DNA of 64,000 bases from Zygnema circumcarinatum SAG 698-1b. Taxonomy: Eukaryota > Plantae > Zygnematophyceae. Numbering within the stretch: position 1 is the stretch's first letter; each line of letters begins with the position of its first letter. Shown piece after piece: positions 1-12,598 of this stretch. Below the pieces are notes generated by a model that saw only the letters and a program-made list of their open reading frames with translations, ran no database searches and had not been told where the DNA came from. The stretch is taken from assembly GCA_037447605.1 (NCBI GenBank), contig CM074804.1, forward strand, positions 6,611,909 through 6,675,908, read 5' to 3'. The position numbers and the translations under genes were made by a program.

Positions 1-1842
1 ACTGGTTCCAAACCAGTCGACTGGTTGCCAACCAGTGGCATCCACTGGTTCCAAACCAGTCGACTGGTTGCCAACCAGTGGCATCCACTGGTTCCAAACC
101 AGTCGACTGGTTGCCAACCAGTGGCATCCACTGGTTCCAAACCAGTCGACTGGTTGCCAACCAGTGGCATCCACTGGTTCCAAACCAGTCGACTGGTTGC
201 CAACCAGTGGCATCCACTGGTTCCAAACCAGTCGACTGGTTGCCAACCAGTGGCATCCACTGGTTCCAAACCAGTCGACTGGTTGCCAACCAGTGGCATC
301 CACTGGTTCCAAACCAGTCGACTGGTTGCCAACCAGTGGCATCCACTGGTTCCAAACCAGTCGACTGGTTGCCAACCAGTGGCATCCACTGGTTCCAAAC
401 CAGTCGACTGGTTGCCAACCAGTGGCATCCACTGGTTCCAAACCAGTCGACTGGTTGCCAACCAGTGGCATCCACTGGTTCCAAACCAGTCGACTGGTTG
501 CCAACCAGTGGCATCCACTGGTTCCAAACCAGTCGACTGGTTGCCAACCAGTGGCATCCACTGGTTCCAAACCAGTCGACTGGTTGCCAACCAGTGGCAT
601 CCACTGGTTCCAAACCAGTCGACTGGTTGCCAACCAGTGGCATCCACTGGTTCCAAACCAGTCGACTGGTTGCCAACCAGTGGCATCCACTGGTTCCAAA
701 CCAGTCGACTGGTTGCCAACCAGTGGCATCCACTGGTTCCAAACCAGTCGACTGGTTGCCAACCAGTGGCATCCACTGGTTCCAAACCAGTCGACTGGTT
801 GCCAACCAGTGGCATCCACTGGTTCCAAACCAGTCGACTGGTTGCCAACCAGTGGCATCCACTGGTTCCAAACCAGTCGACTGGTTGCCAACCAGTGGCA
901 TCCACTGGTTCCAAACCAGTCGACTGGTTGCCAACCAGTGGCATCCACTGGTTCCAAACCAGTCGACTGGTTGCCAACCAGTGGCATCCACTGGTTCCAA
1001 ACCAGTCGACTGGTTGCCAACCAGTGGCATCCACTGGTTCCAAACCAGTCGACTGGTTGCCAACCAGTGGCATCCACTGGTTCCAAACCAGTCGACTGGT
1101 TGCCAACCAGTGGCATCCACTGGTTCCAAACCAGTCGACTGGTTGCCAACCAGTGGCATCCACTGGTTCCAAACCAGTCGACTGGTTGCCAACCAGTGGC
1201 ATCCACTGGTTCCAAACCAGTCGACTGGTTGCCAACCAGTGGCATCCACTGGTTCCAAACCAGTCGACTGGTTGCCAACCAGTGGCATCCACTGGTTCCA
1301 AACCAGTCGACTGGTTGCCAACCAGTGGCATCCACTGGTTCCAAACCAGTCGACTGGTTGCCAACCAGTGGCATCCACTGGTTCCAAACCAGTCGACTGG
1401 TTGCCAACCAGTGGCATCCACTGGTTCCAAACCAGTCGACTGGTTGCCAACCAGTGGCATCCACTGGTTCCAAACCAGTCGACTGGTTGCCAACCAGTGG
1501 CATCCACTGGTTCCAAACCAGTCGACTGGTTGCCAACCAGTGGCATCCACTGGTTCCAAACCAGTCGACTGGTTGCCAACCAGTGGCATCCACTGGTTCC
1601 AAACCAGTCGACTGGTTGCCAACCAGTGGCATCCACTGGTTCCAAACCAGTCGACTGGTTGCCAACCAGTGGCATCCACTGGTTCCAAACCAGTCGACTG
1701 GTTGCCAACCAGTGGCATCCACTGGTTCCAAACCAGTCGACTGGTTGCCAACCAGTGGCATCCACTGGTTCCAAACCAGTCGACTGGTTGCCAACCAGTG
1801 GCATCCACTGGTTCCAAACCAGTCGACTGGTTGCCAACCAGT
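1..1842. repeat. 43-bp tandem satellite, 42 full copies plus 36 nt, unit ACTGGTTCCAAACCAGTCGACTGGTTGCCAACCAGTGGCATCC; truncated by the window start
   Basis: Exact 43-nt period: unit 43 starts at 1807 = 1+42x43. No variant copies seen, and the ORF translations repeat an identical 43-aa block. Ends abruptly at 1842. Confidence 0.97.
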
Positions 1843-2163
1843 CTCTGCCCAAAACCTGACTGTACACTACAACACTACATTGAGTTGTAAAACCTACTAA
1901 GATCGGAGTTCCAAGAAGGCCCATTTCCCGAAATCAGAGCGCTAGAAACACACGACAGAAGAAGCCTTGTCGTGCCCGTTCTGTTTTACGTGACAAGAGC
2001 GCTTCACGCTGCGAATTGCTCAAAAACACAGGGTGGAGAAAAAGATCAACTAGCCGGTTGTACAAAACTGAGGGCATATTTTGAGAGATACAAACCAAAA
2101 ATTTCCCCACCACACGTTGTTAGGAAGGAATGGTAGCAACAGTATGCTCTCGTCAATATGCTT

Positions 2164-5100
2164 TCAATTGGACGACCCAAAAATGGCCTTTCGGATTCCT
2201 TTTATGGTATCGGGAGTTGTCCGACAGCATCCTCCAAAAATGTTTGCGCCAACGTCACGCCAAAAGGGGGCATATGATACAAAGTCCCCATCCTTCACGC
2301 GGGTTGACTCCTGGAAAAAGGCGAGAATTTGCACAAGTTAATGCAATATTTGTGGTTCATCACTTCGAAATATTACAGTTAATGAATGGTGTACTACGAT
2401 AGCAGTGTCCTCCGTCCACTTTTGTCAAGGAATCATAAATGGTTACTCGGAAGTTGCTGCAAGAGGCAGAGAGAGGCGAAAGGATCTCACCACCCATTCC
2501 TTTTTCTCGCCATCCCACTCTTCCCCACTGTTCGGATAAATGATGATAGGCTTTTTCGTAATCTGGACACCGATTTACGACACCAGACGATCAGAGAGAG
2601 ACTCAGAGCACATCAGCAGGACTGCAAGAGAATGTTTAAAACAAAGTCCACAGAAAGCAGTGCCCTTCTCTAACACGCCTTCACTGACATGCCCTCAATA
2701 GTCCAAACAACACTGTGTCGCTAGATACTCATGCAAACTGAAAAAAAAAAAAATCCACAGCGAAATAAGAAGGTCAACAGTTCAATGCTAACCTGGCGAG
2801 TAACTTTCACCAAGCGGTGAATGTAGCGAGGAGCTGTACAATTGATACCCACTGCCACGATATGCTTGCATGAATCTGCCAGCCTTATACAAGCCTCAAA
2901 AGAATCTCCCCTCACGACGTTGCGGCCATCTTTCGAGTTGAACGCAATCCATGCAGGAATAGGCAGGTTTTCCTCGTCCAACAATTGCACCAAAGCCTGT
3001 ACACATCTTCACAACATAGAATTTGAAAGCTGAAACAAGACGCGACTCGTATTTCTCAGGTCACGAGCAAGACTCATGCATTCATACATGATTGGTTCTC
3101 GTTACAAGGGCTGGAAGGAACTTAAAAAAAAACAAACAAGGAGCGAAAGCAACCATGCAGGCACACGCAACTTGCCTGTGCTTCCTGCAAAGATGGAATA
3201 GTCTCCAGAGCAATAATGTCTGCCCCGGAATGGGCGAGAACTTGCAGCCGCCGCCTGTGGAACTCCACTAATGTTTCCACTGTCACCTCTGGGCCATAGT
3301 CGCCACTACAGCCAGGTTCCCCCACGGGGAGAGGTTCGGTCAGTGCAGCTCAAGATTCATTTTCTTCAATGAAGTTACTTTTGCGAAACAGTTACAGAAA
3401 ACAGAAAGACATGTTAAAACTGCAGGATTTAGCAAAACAAGGCTGAAGTACCACAGATACTTTCCAGTTCACGAACATTTATGAGGTTAAAGTCTCTGAA
3501 CTATATCAGACGGTTTCAGCTACAACATTGACGCCAAAATCGTTTGCTTCTATTAACTGCCTTCGTCTTTGGACAAGACCAGCCAAAGAATCCCTAATTA
3601 CTCAAGCGCGGAAAATCAGTTCAGTTCATTTGTTGTCTGCATGGTTGGTTTCAGGATTCTGGCACTCATCGCATTCCAGAATCTGTGCGGCAACCGCAGA
3701 AGCAACAAACACAATAAGGCAAAGGATCGAGGTCACCGAAAATTACTAGATACTGAAGATAGTCCTATTTGGCCCACACTGCTGCGCTTGACACTTACCT
3801 GTATTCAGAACCATCCGCCAAATAGGCACCATAGCTCCCAACGGATGCAGCTACCAGCCCTCGCTGACGAGTGAGCTTCGTGCTGTCTCCATTCCATCCA
3901 TGGCCACCTTTCGTCTGAGCGACATACTCCCGCCAGAAGATGTCACGAGCCTCGCAGACCAACTCCACACTGCGCTGAAGTAGCCACTCCGCCTTCTGGG
4001 GTTCGACTCCCCGGGCAACAAAACCTTGTATTGTGGCCTGAAATCCGCGGACATGACTACCCTTGCTATTCAGTAATAAACATTGGGCAAAGACGTTTCC
4101 TCCAGGCCATCAACATTTCCTGGGACAAAGCAAAAAAAAAAGAAAAAGAAAAAAGGTGCGAAATAGCACATAGAAAGGGCATCCCAAGAAATCCTCTCAT
4201 CCATGGGAAAAGGAAGCATCAAATGAAAACTCAAACAAACATCGTCACGCTCTAGGCAAAGAATAAAAACACAATAAAAAGCCCTTCAAGGATAGATTTT
4301 CCAGTGAATGCAACAATTACAGCCATATATGAAGTTACGTTAGCCGGTTCAGACACCCACTCGTCAACAAAAACGTTCAACGCAGGGCAAACTAGGAAGA
4401 AAGGGAGCAAACAATGTTAAAAAAATATTTCGACCAGAATCCATCCATACTGAGGTGGACACCATCAGCCTGACGATCAGAATCAGCATATGAAAAGACT
4501 GTCCACTGCTCTACAGACATGTACAAATTTACCAAATGGTCAGTACAAATAAAAATTAATTAATACCTTTATAATGTTCAATTTATTGATCTAGTTCACT
4601 TTGACAAATAATAGCAGACATTCCTTTAATCCTGAGATGACTAGCGCGCGTCAAGCTTTACCTGATAAGACGCTGAGATCCCAATATCTGCACCTGCCCG
4701 AAAGTAATCCAGATGCACCTGCAAGTAAACAGGTTTTATATCAAAAAGAAGTACTGCGATTCCTGCCAAGATTGCTCCAATATAGACTAGAAAAATAAGT
4801 ACACACCACTGATAAGTATCAATTCATTGAAGAGACAGAAATCAAAAGTAAAGTAAGAATTTATTATTTTAAAAACAGGAACTAATTTCCAACCACGACA
4901 GCCTACATTTTGACAGCAATCAAACGGCAGAGCGCACCCTTTTCAAACGGCGATTGACCTGGCGAATTACGTTTATTCCAACAATCTTGTCTAAGAAAGA
5001 AGCCCGTGGTACGAGGAGACTTACATAACAAGCATTACGATTCCACTCCTACTGGCCTAAGCACAATTCCTTGAGAGAACCCTTGACAGCAACTTCATAT

Positions 5101-5481
5101 GTGAGCAAATCAAGCGTGATTGTCACTTGCCTGACGAACAAGCGCAGCACTCTCGTCGTCCAAAAGGCACTTAGCACTCCATAAAGGATCATTGATGTCG
5201 GCACCTCGTCGCTCCAGTTCAGTGGCCAAACCTCCATCAACAATTGCGCAACCACCGTTATTTTCTAAAAGAGAGATCAGTGCTCCGTGACAGTTCTCAA
5301 CATGTATTAATTTTGCTTCGCTCTCCAGAGGTGATCTCGTGCCTGTGCTTGACAAAGGCAATCGCAGTTCCTTCAGCGAAGATCCATGCTGGAGAGTGAT
5401 CAGCGGTCTATGGTTCGACAAGAAGACTCCAGCGGCAAGGTTTCGAGAGTCTACGGAATGCAGAAGATCCGTGGAAGCCAT
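2164..5481 (-). CDS. HMT: Homocysteine S-methyltransferase (7 coding exons; start codon uncertain)
   Basis: Exons ~5481-5131 ([32 protein letters not shown]), 4718-4662 ([19 protein letters not shown]), 4037-3799 (ATIQGF...[18 protein letters not shown]), 3305-3176, 2996-2793 ([12 protein letters not shown]), 2562-2491 ([14 protein letters not shown]), 2310-2164 ([16 protein letters not shown]...stop). The reading frame is kept across all junctions and includes the Zn-binding GINC and GGCC motifs. Confidence 0.95.
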
Positions 5482-6358
5482 TGATTTTCTGAATCCCAGA
5501 AAATTGGAGACTCAAGCTGTGAAATATTTGCTGATTTGCACTTGTTGAAGACTATCCCAAGGTCCCGAGAGATTTACGAGAAAACTGGTGCATAAACCAG
5601 CCGTTTGCGAATTGCTCCTCGCTTTCCCGCCCTCCCAGCCCCCCACCCCCCTCTTCCCCTCCTTCTTTCTCCGCCCTCAAGGAACGCCTTCGCCACTCTT
5701 CTGATCTGCAATCATCAGTGACGCAAACGAAGCGGCTACGAGGGAATTTGCCGGCACAGCAGAGCTTCCAAGAGCGCTGCCGCAGGCTTCCTCGGACACG
5801 GTCCCCTCTCTCTGCCACGCTCCCTCCTCCCGGCTGCTCGGAGATTTCCTGCGCCGCCCACGCCTTATATGTATCTCAGGAGCTGCCTGCAGTGCACTTT
5901 TGGAGGCCCGTCAGGCGCGTGTCAGAAGTCCCGTGTGAACGCGCACAACGACGGAAGAGCTTTGACAAGGAGGGGCCAAATGTGAACGGCCATTCTTGTA
6001 CACGTCAGCGTGGTCCTACTAACGAACACGTGTGACAGATCGGCCGGAGCGATGTCGGATGGGAGGGCTCGGGGGAAGCCACGTGTCGAGTCGGGTCAAA
6101 GCGCAGGCCTCGTGAAGGCCCGAGGGCCTCGGGCCGTACGCTTCCGCCGCTTGTCGTTTCGATGACGATGTCGCGAAGGGAATAAAGTACTGGTCCCAAC
6201 TTGCGGGAGGCGCGCGCAGGTTCGCAGAACCGAGACGCTTTTTCGCTCGCTATGTGCAATGCATGGGGACATCTGTCCAGGTGCACTGCACTCAGACAGG
6301 TGAGACACGTGCAGAGGGACGGAGCCTACCGTACCGAACGCATGCCTGTTCTGAAGTA

Positions 6359-6873
6359 CAGTAGGGGGTCCTCATATTTTCCACCCTGGTTCCGGGCAAA
6401 ATGAGGCGAAAATATTAAATTTGCATATATAAGGTTCGTGTTACGAATAGACGGGCGGTATTATGTTAGAGTTCATGTTGGACCGTACGTATCGTATCGT
6501 ATCATATCGTACCGTATCGTACTGTATCATTTAGCATCGTATCGTATCGTGACATATCGTGACGAATATACTGTCGTACATACTGTCGTCATCCAACCAT
6601 CGGGGAGTTTCGTATCGTATTGACCGTATCGTATCGTATTGAAGTCAAGAAGACGGGGAGAAGAGCGAGCGCCTCTTACGGCGGCACGAGCGGGGAGATT
6701 AGGTGCGTTTTGCGTAAGCCCGTAACGGCTAGTACAGATAGTACGGACAGTACGGACAGTACGAACAGTACGGCTAACACAAGTTACCGTACAAAAAAGT
6801 GGTTTCGGCAAAATTGGGGCGAAAATATTGAGGACGCACTCCTTGGGGTGGTAAATACGAGGACCCCCCACTG
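6359..6873. mobile_element. 515-bp non-autonomous MITE of Tc1/mariner (pogo/Tc1-like) type
   Basis: 28-bp terminal inverted repeats: CAGTAGGGGGTCCTCATATTTTCCACCC (6359-6386) vs reverse complement of 6846-6873, 25/28 identical. TA on both flanks (6357-58, 6874-75) and CAGT termini. No coding capacity; internal (CGTAT)n and (CAGTACGGA)n tracts. Confidence 0.85.
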
Positions 6874-8021
6874 TAAACAAAACAAAACTTCCGCAAAATC
6901 TAATATTGTACCGAACAGAGTACCGTACCGTACCGTATCGTATCCTATCGGCATTGCCTAAACTGGTCCTCGGTTCGGCCATTCCCATTCGGCACTGAAT
7001 ATTCTCCCATCGTATCTCCTCCGAAGCCGTACGGTAGCCGTACTGGACCGTACACGGTAAACCCCGTTTACGGTTTCCATGCTTGTCCGCGTTTTTGAAT
7101 GTGGCTCGTGAGTCGTGGCCCGTGCGGCCCCTGCCTGGAGCCCGACTCGGCCCTCGGGCCGTTCACACGAGCTCGCGGAGGGGTCGTTGTCCTGCCACGT
7201 CACGATTGTCGGCTGCGCTCTGACGCGGAAACTGATCATTCTGACGCGTTAGTCCGTACAAATGTCGGCGCAATGCGGATATCGATCACGTGACTCCGCT
7301 CGCTGGGCACGCGACGCCACGTCGGCAACTGCCAGCTCAGCGGCCCTGTCCTTGGCCCTCAGGGATCCTCACGTGCGAAAGCTCCGATCTGACGGAGCTT
7401 CGTGGAGGCACGGACGGTCCGATTTGCGCGCAGAGATTTCATGGGTACCGTCCGTACGTACGCTCTGGAACCGTCCGGACGGAAACGAAATTTGGGGCAC
7501 TTTTTCAACTTGACAACGAAAAGTTATGCCCTGCCCGAAAACTATTTTAAAGGGCTTAAAAAGGAAAGGCGTTATTTTTTTTTCAAAATATCTATATGAA
7601 TGTAATATGTATATTGTACATTTAACATCCAGGCTCCCTGGTTCCTACGTGTCAACGTTTTTCATGCTGCCCGATGATTATTTTTTTATTTTGTACTGAC
7701 CGGAACGTTGTTGTCTTATGCGCACAAGTGCTTCAAAACTTTTTCGCAGCCATCAAGAGACCGACACGAGAAATTACAGTCGTTGGATCGTACGGATATG
7801 TTGGAGAGCGGATGTACAAATATGTCGAGAGACACCCGCTTGATGTACGGACGGAAGGCCGGCCCCTTGCAGCTCCCTGGCAGCCATGGCCCACGTCGCA
7901 GGCGCGTGATATCCGTCGCCCGCTCTGCCCCGCTGAGCTGCTCTGCGCTTCTTCAGCCACAGAGCTTCGGAAAAGGGAGTGGCATTCTGCGCATTCTTTT
8001 CTGAAATTCGCCGCTCTCTCC

Positions 8022-11000
8022 ATGGTTGCGGATCTGAAGCCTCTCAAGCCTTCAAGCAAGGCTGAAGATTATGTGCGATCAAGGAGGCAGGCAATTGTGG
8101 TCGGAAGGGCTTCCGGAGTCAATACTTGCAACGATCTGGAAGAATTGACTGAGCAAGAATCTTTCAAAGTGTTAGTGGGTGCTGAGTTGTCCTCTGTTCG
8201 ACCATGTGACGATTGTACAGAGCAGGAAGCGAAGCTCTGGTGCAAGAGCTGCTACGTGAGCCTTTGCCCTTCTTGTGACGGCCATGCGCATCAGAATGGC
8301 AGCAGGTGATTTGCTTTGAGCATTGACATAATTGGGAATTAAGACGAGCATTTTCTGTGGTGAATTGAATACTGAAATTATCGATCCTTGCTTGCGCCAA
8401 GAACAATTTGATTGCAGGTAGTGTGCATAAGTACATGACTGTGCGCTTGATCAATGGTTTACTTGCAGTCGTAAGTAGTCTGCCTTCTGCTTGGATGCAG
8501 TCAGTTAGAGCTTCTCCTGGCTGTACTGCCGGTTGCAGTGGAAATTCGTCCTGAATTGAATTATTCTCGAAATTAGCGCTAGATATAGTTAGACATTGTG
8601 CTCTCTCAAATTTCAGGAATCATTCATCAGCTCAGCTGCATGTTGCCTGCTGGCGATGAGAAACTGAATCAGAGCCCATGTGAATGCTGGATTGAAAGTC
8701 TTTATGTTGCCATTGCGTATTTTTTTCAATGGGAATGGCATCTGTGGGGCGCATCTTTGCTAGATCAAATACGTCCTCGTCAATGGAATGAAACTTGTTT
8801 GGTTGTGCGAAGAATAGCATTGAACGCACGCTTTGCTCGTGGTGAACGTGCTTCGGTTTCGTGTATGTTCTTAAGCAAGTGTTGCATTCAGCCAAATGTT
8901 GAGGGCAGACGACTGTTTGAATACGAAGTCCCATAGTTCTGAAATTCTCGACATCAAATATCATTTGCTGTTGATACTGCGCGGAGCTTCCATTTCACCT
9001 CCAGGACAGCTACAAGTTTGTGCATTTGTGGCCTCAAGCATGTTGAGGATCGATATTTGACTTGTATATATTTGACTTGGCACTCGATGACGTTTCCGTT
9101 TCTAAAGAATACACTCCCCTTACTTGCCAGATATTGAGGCTCTTGCTGCTGTCGCGATCTTGTTCTTGTACGAATTGAGAACTGTTAGCAAGTTTCACCG
9201 TTTCTGTGAAACGTCAGAAGTACGTCGTGCTTAACTGGCACAGATTGAAGTGCGAAGCACGTTTATAGTCCATAGCTTGCTGTCGTGACGATTTTCACCC
9301 CGTACTATTTTATGGGACCAGTTGACGTAAAGACTCCTTTGTCTCGGCCTTGCTTCATTTAACGTTTTGTGTGCGTTTCTCTTCCCTGTCGTCGGTTGCA
9401 GGAAACAGAAACATAAAAGAATTCTCTATGGTTGGAGGGATTCGTCCTTGTTGCTCACACCCATCTGCGAACGTCTTCTTGGGCCCTCCAAAGATGTTGA
9501 AACTCCTACTCGAGTCATCTCAATAACAGCCGTGAAATGCGTTGGCGAGAACACTAGAAGTGAAGATATTCACTGGGCACGGAGTCCCCTGGTGAAGAAT
9601 GCGAGGGTCCTATCTGGGCATCAGGGGATGCTTGTGAAGGAAGCAGATGGCGCTCTGAGAAGCATTTTTGAATTTGACAACAGTGAACTGGACATAAGCG
9701 TTGTCGAGGCAAAGGAGACTATTTCAAAGAAGAAAAAGAAGGGCGGTCGGAGCGTTTCCTCCTCTCAAAAGCGATCTGAAAATGCCGATCTAGAGGAAAC
9801 AATAAAGGTGAATCACGATGCATCATGCGTTAAAGACCTCATTGCTGGTGCCACTGCTGCACCATTAGCGCCATTCATATGGGACGGTCGTCGACAAAGT
9901 AGTCCATCAGGATCAAAAGGCATGACTTCAGCCATTTGCGCAGTTGGAAAAATACCTATTTCCTCCTTGAGATTAGCTTTGCAAACTTCTGAAGCACGCC
10001 ATCCTTCCACTCCAACTAGTCATTCACAAGGTATCCCTGAGACATCTCTGTTTTTGGCTTCGACACATACGCTGGGAGCTCCGGCGAATCCATGTTCGTC
10101 AACTTTGGACTCGTCTGTTGTGTCGTCTGTCTCCTTGGAACCACCCCCTTGCATAACTTCGTCATCGCTTTCTGCAAAGTCGAAATCCTTCCCAGTGCTT
10201 CCATCTATCAATGGTACAGATACATGTGAAGCTGATATGTCCCCAGTACCGCTCTTCCGCTCTGTAAGCCTTCCTATTGGAATGCAACACAACAAACTGA
10301 AGGAGAAGTGGAATGGAGGCATAGTCAACCAACTGCCATCTCCTTCTTCTTCAGAGAGCGGATCCTCCTCTACGTCTATATCGCCTGGGAGTGCTCATCC
10401 GTTCCTCTCCAGATCCTCATCTTGCCCTGTGGTAAGCTTCTGACCTTTGAGGATGGTGGTTTTTTTTGACTGAATCGATTCTTGGTGTGCGTGATGCCTT
10501 GCTGTTTGTTGAACTTCCAGCCCTGTTTCTCTAGAAAGTCACGCAGTGAAGTTTGGAGCTCATGGACCGAAAAACGAGAACCGAGAAACGTATTACTCCA
10601 TGTCATTGCTTTTTCTAACTTGCTCACCTTATGATACACTCTGAGGTCTGTCCTCAAACTCAACTGAAGCAAGAGTTCCGTTGTTGCTATCGAGGTTGAC
10701 TTTCTTGCAGAACTGAGTCATGCACTACACAACAGGAGATCTTTCCAATGGTAATCGATATAATGGATTCAAAGACTCATTCTATGCTTTGGTTTGTTTG
10801 CAGGGCCGTCCCTCTTCACTCCGCGGGGGAAAACCGCGTCCCTCTGATTTGCGTGTGAAGTGGGCTCCGGAAGTGTGGGACCCACCGCCAAGCAGCAGCT
10901 CGCACACTGTTGGATCTCTTTCTTCGCTCCAACGCAGTGGTCGAGGCCGCCGAAATCAGTCGTCTATGGGCCATAGCAAAAGGAAAAGTGGAGATGGAGG

Positions 11001-11643
11001 GAAGCTGCGGCGCGGCAACAAAGGTGCTACTGGTGGTTCTAAAGGTTCAAACAATGCGGGAGGAGGAAGTGGGAAAGGGGCGGGCGTCGCAGGGGTTAAA
11101 GGAAGTGCTACGCCTATGCCACCTGCACCAGAAATGGCGGTAGGAAGTAAGGAAGGTGGAGGTGAAGCAAGTGGGAAGGGTGTTCTGATGGTAGATGATG
11201 TGAAGGTGCTTGTGGGGACTTCTGAAGTGAAACAGAATAGCAACCTAGCCGTCAAAGGAGCAGGACAACTGGAAAGTGCCGTAAGCGAAGATCCTTTGAA
11301 TAATGGAACCGATGGAGGAATGGATCTGAATGCGGAGGGAGAGGAGTGGACGGTTGTAGCAAAGAAAGGGGCTCGTGGTGGAGGAAGGAGTAGCTCTGCT
11401 AGGGGCAACTCAGAGCATGAGCGAGGAGAGAAGCTGCTGAGATCTCAGATTGATTACACCCTCACTGTTCAGGGGGACCACACTACCATTAAGGATGCAT
11501 ATAGCTGCAGTTCTGGGGTATGCGCAGGTGGCAAACTACTGCTGCAGAGTGGCAGCTGCTCGTTTGATAATATGCAATCTGAGCAGCATTCAATGAGCTG
11601 GTCGGAACTCGATCGACAAAGGACGAGGGCCAGTTCTTGCTAG
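8022..11643 (+). CDS. B-box zinc-finger protein with long Ser/Gly-rich low-complexity C-terminal region (3 exons)
   Basis: Exons 8022-8305, 9402-10431, 10804-11643 join in frame (phase 2, phase 0) with GT-AG sites. The B-box pattern CDDC-x8-C-x2-C-x4-C-x2-CD-x2-H-x8-H is completed across the first intron (HAHQNGSR|KQKHKRI). Confidence 0.8.
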
Positions 11644-12598
11644 GTAATCTAAGCCTGGTCCCGCCAAAACTGATTTAAGGGCCTGCTGTTGCATGGTACT
11701 ATCGCTCAAAGTTGCACCTGATTCTGAAGAGAGCTAGGTTGCATGCTTGTCTAAAATACAAGGTTTGGGGTGAATTCGTCTGAACTTGTGATTGTCATTG
11801 ACATTGGCCTGATGTAGCTTATTGAATTTTTTGCAGGTCCGCTGCCGCCTTAAGTCGAGAGAAGGCGAGCTTGTGCTGGAGTAACGCGTTTGCCCAGCTG
11901 TTACCCAGAATTGCCTTTGCCTTGAATTCTTACAGAAGGCACAAAGGCAGTAGGAGGTTGCTCCCTTCGGATGGGCGTTCACCTTGTACAGTGTATCATG
12001 CTCCGGGCACATAGCAGCCAAGGATAGCAAGTTTCGGTGTGTACATAGTGTGCATGTGTGTGTGTAAAGCGTGTGAGATGGCGGACTTGTACCCAAGAGC
12101 TGTATTCAACCGCCTCTGCGGAGAATACATTTGGCATTTAATAATTCTGAGGTTGTTACAGTCGAATCTGCTCATTGTGAACTCGTATTTCTTTCAAGGG
12201 AGTGTGTTTTGTAAGCATGTGAACATGGACTTTGGATGTGTGTTTTATGTTGTAGTAAGATTGATTGTGAGATTGTTGATACCGCATTTTCGTTTCTTTT
12301 CTTTCCAGATAGAGCAGGCTCACGTCACCTCGGGCAAAACCGAGATCTTCCAAAAAAAAAAATACAAAGAATTTCGATTCCATTAAATGCCCAACGTGCA
12401 CTTCGTATAATCAAGCATGCACCTTCACTCAATCTCCTAAAGCTTCTAACTTCTTTGGCCAATCTACGTTACATGAGTACAACGAAACTGTACTCTCTAC
12501 AGTTTACCAAACTCTCTTCCAAATCCCTGCTCTATGGAGCCCATCTAATTGCTTTATACAAATCTTAATGCTTTGCTGTCCACAGCCTACGATCTCAA

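Noticed and set aside
1-1842. CRISPR-like array
   Set aside because: The repeats are contiguous with no unique spacers, there are no cas genes, and the context is eukaryotic.
25-1900. Three ~600-aa ORFs in the satellite
   Set aside because: The 43-mer has no stop triplet on either strand and 43 is not a multiple of 3, so all frames are open and yield the same 43-aa repeat. This is an artefact of the repeat, with no evidence of coding.
3995-4020. tRNA T-arm-like GGGGTTCGACTCCCC
   Set aside because: No acceptor, D or anticodon stems can be built, and it is the antisense of a conserved HMT exon.
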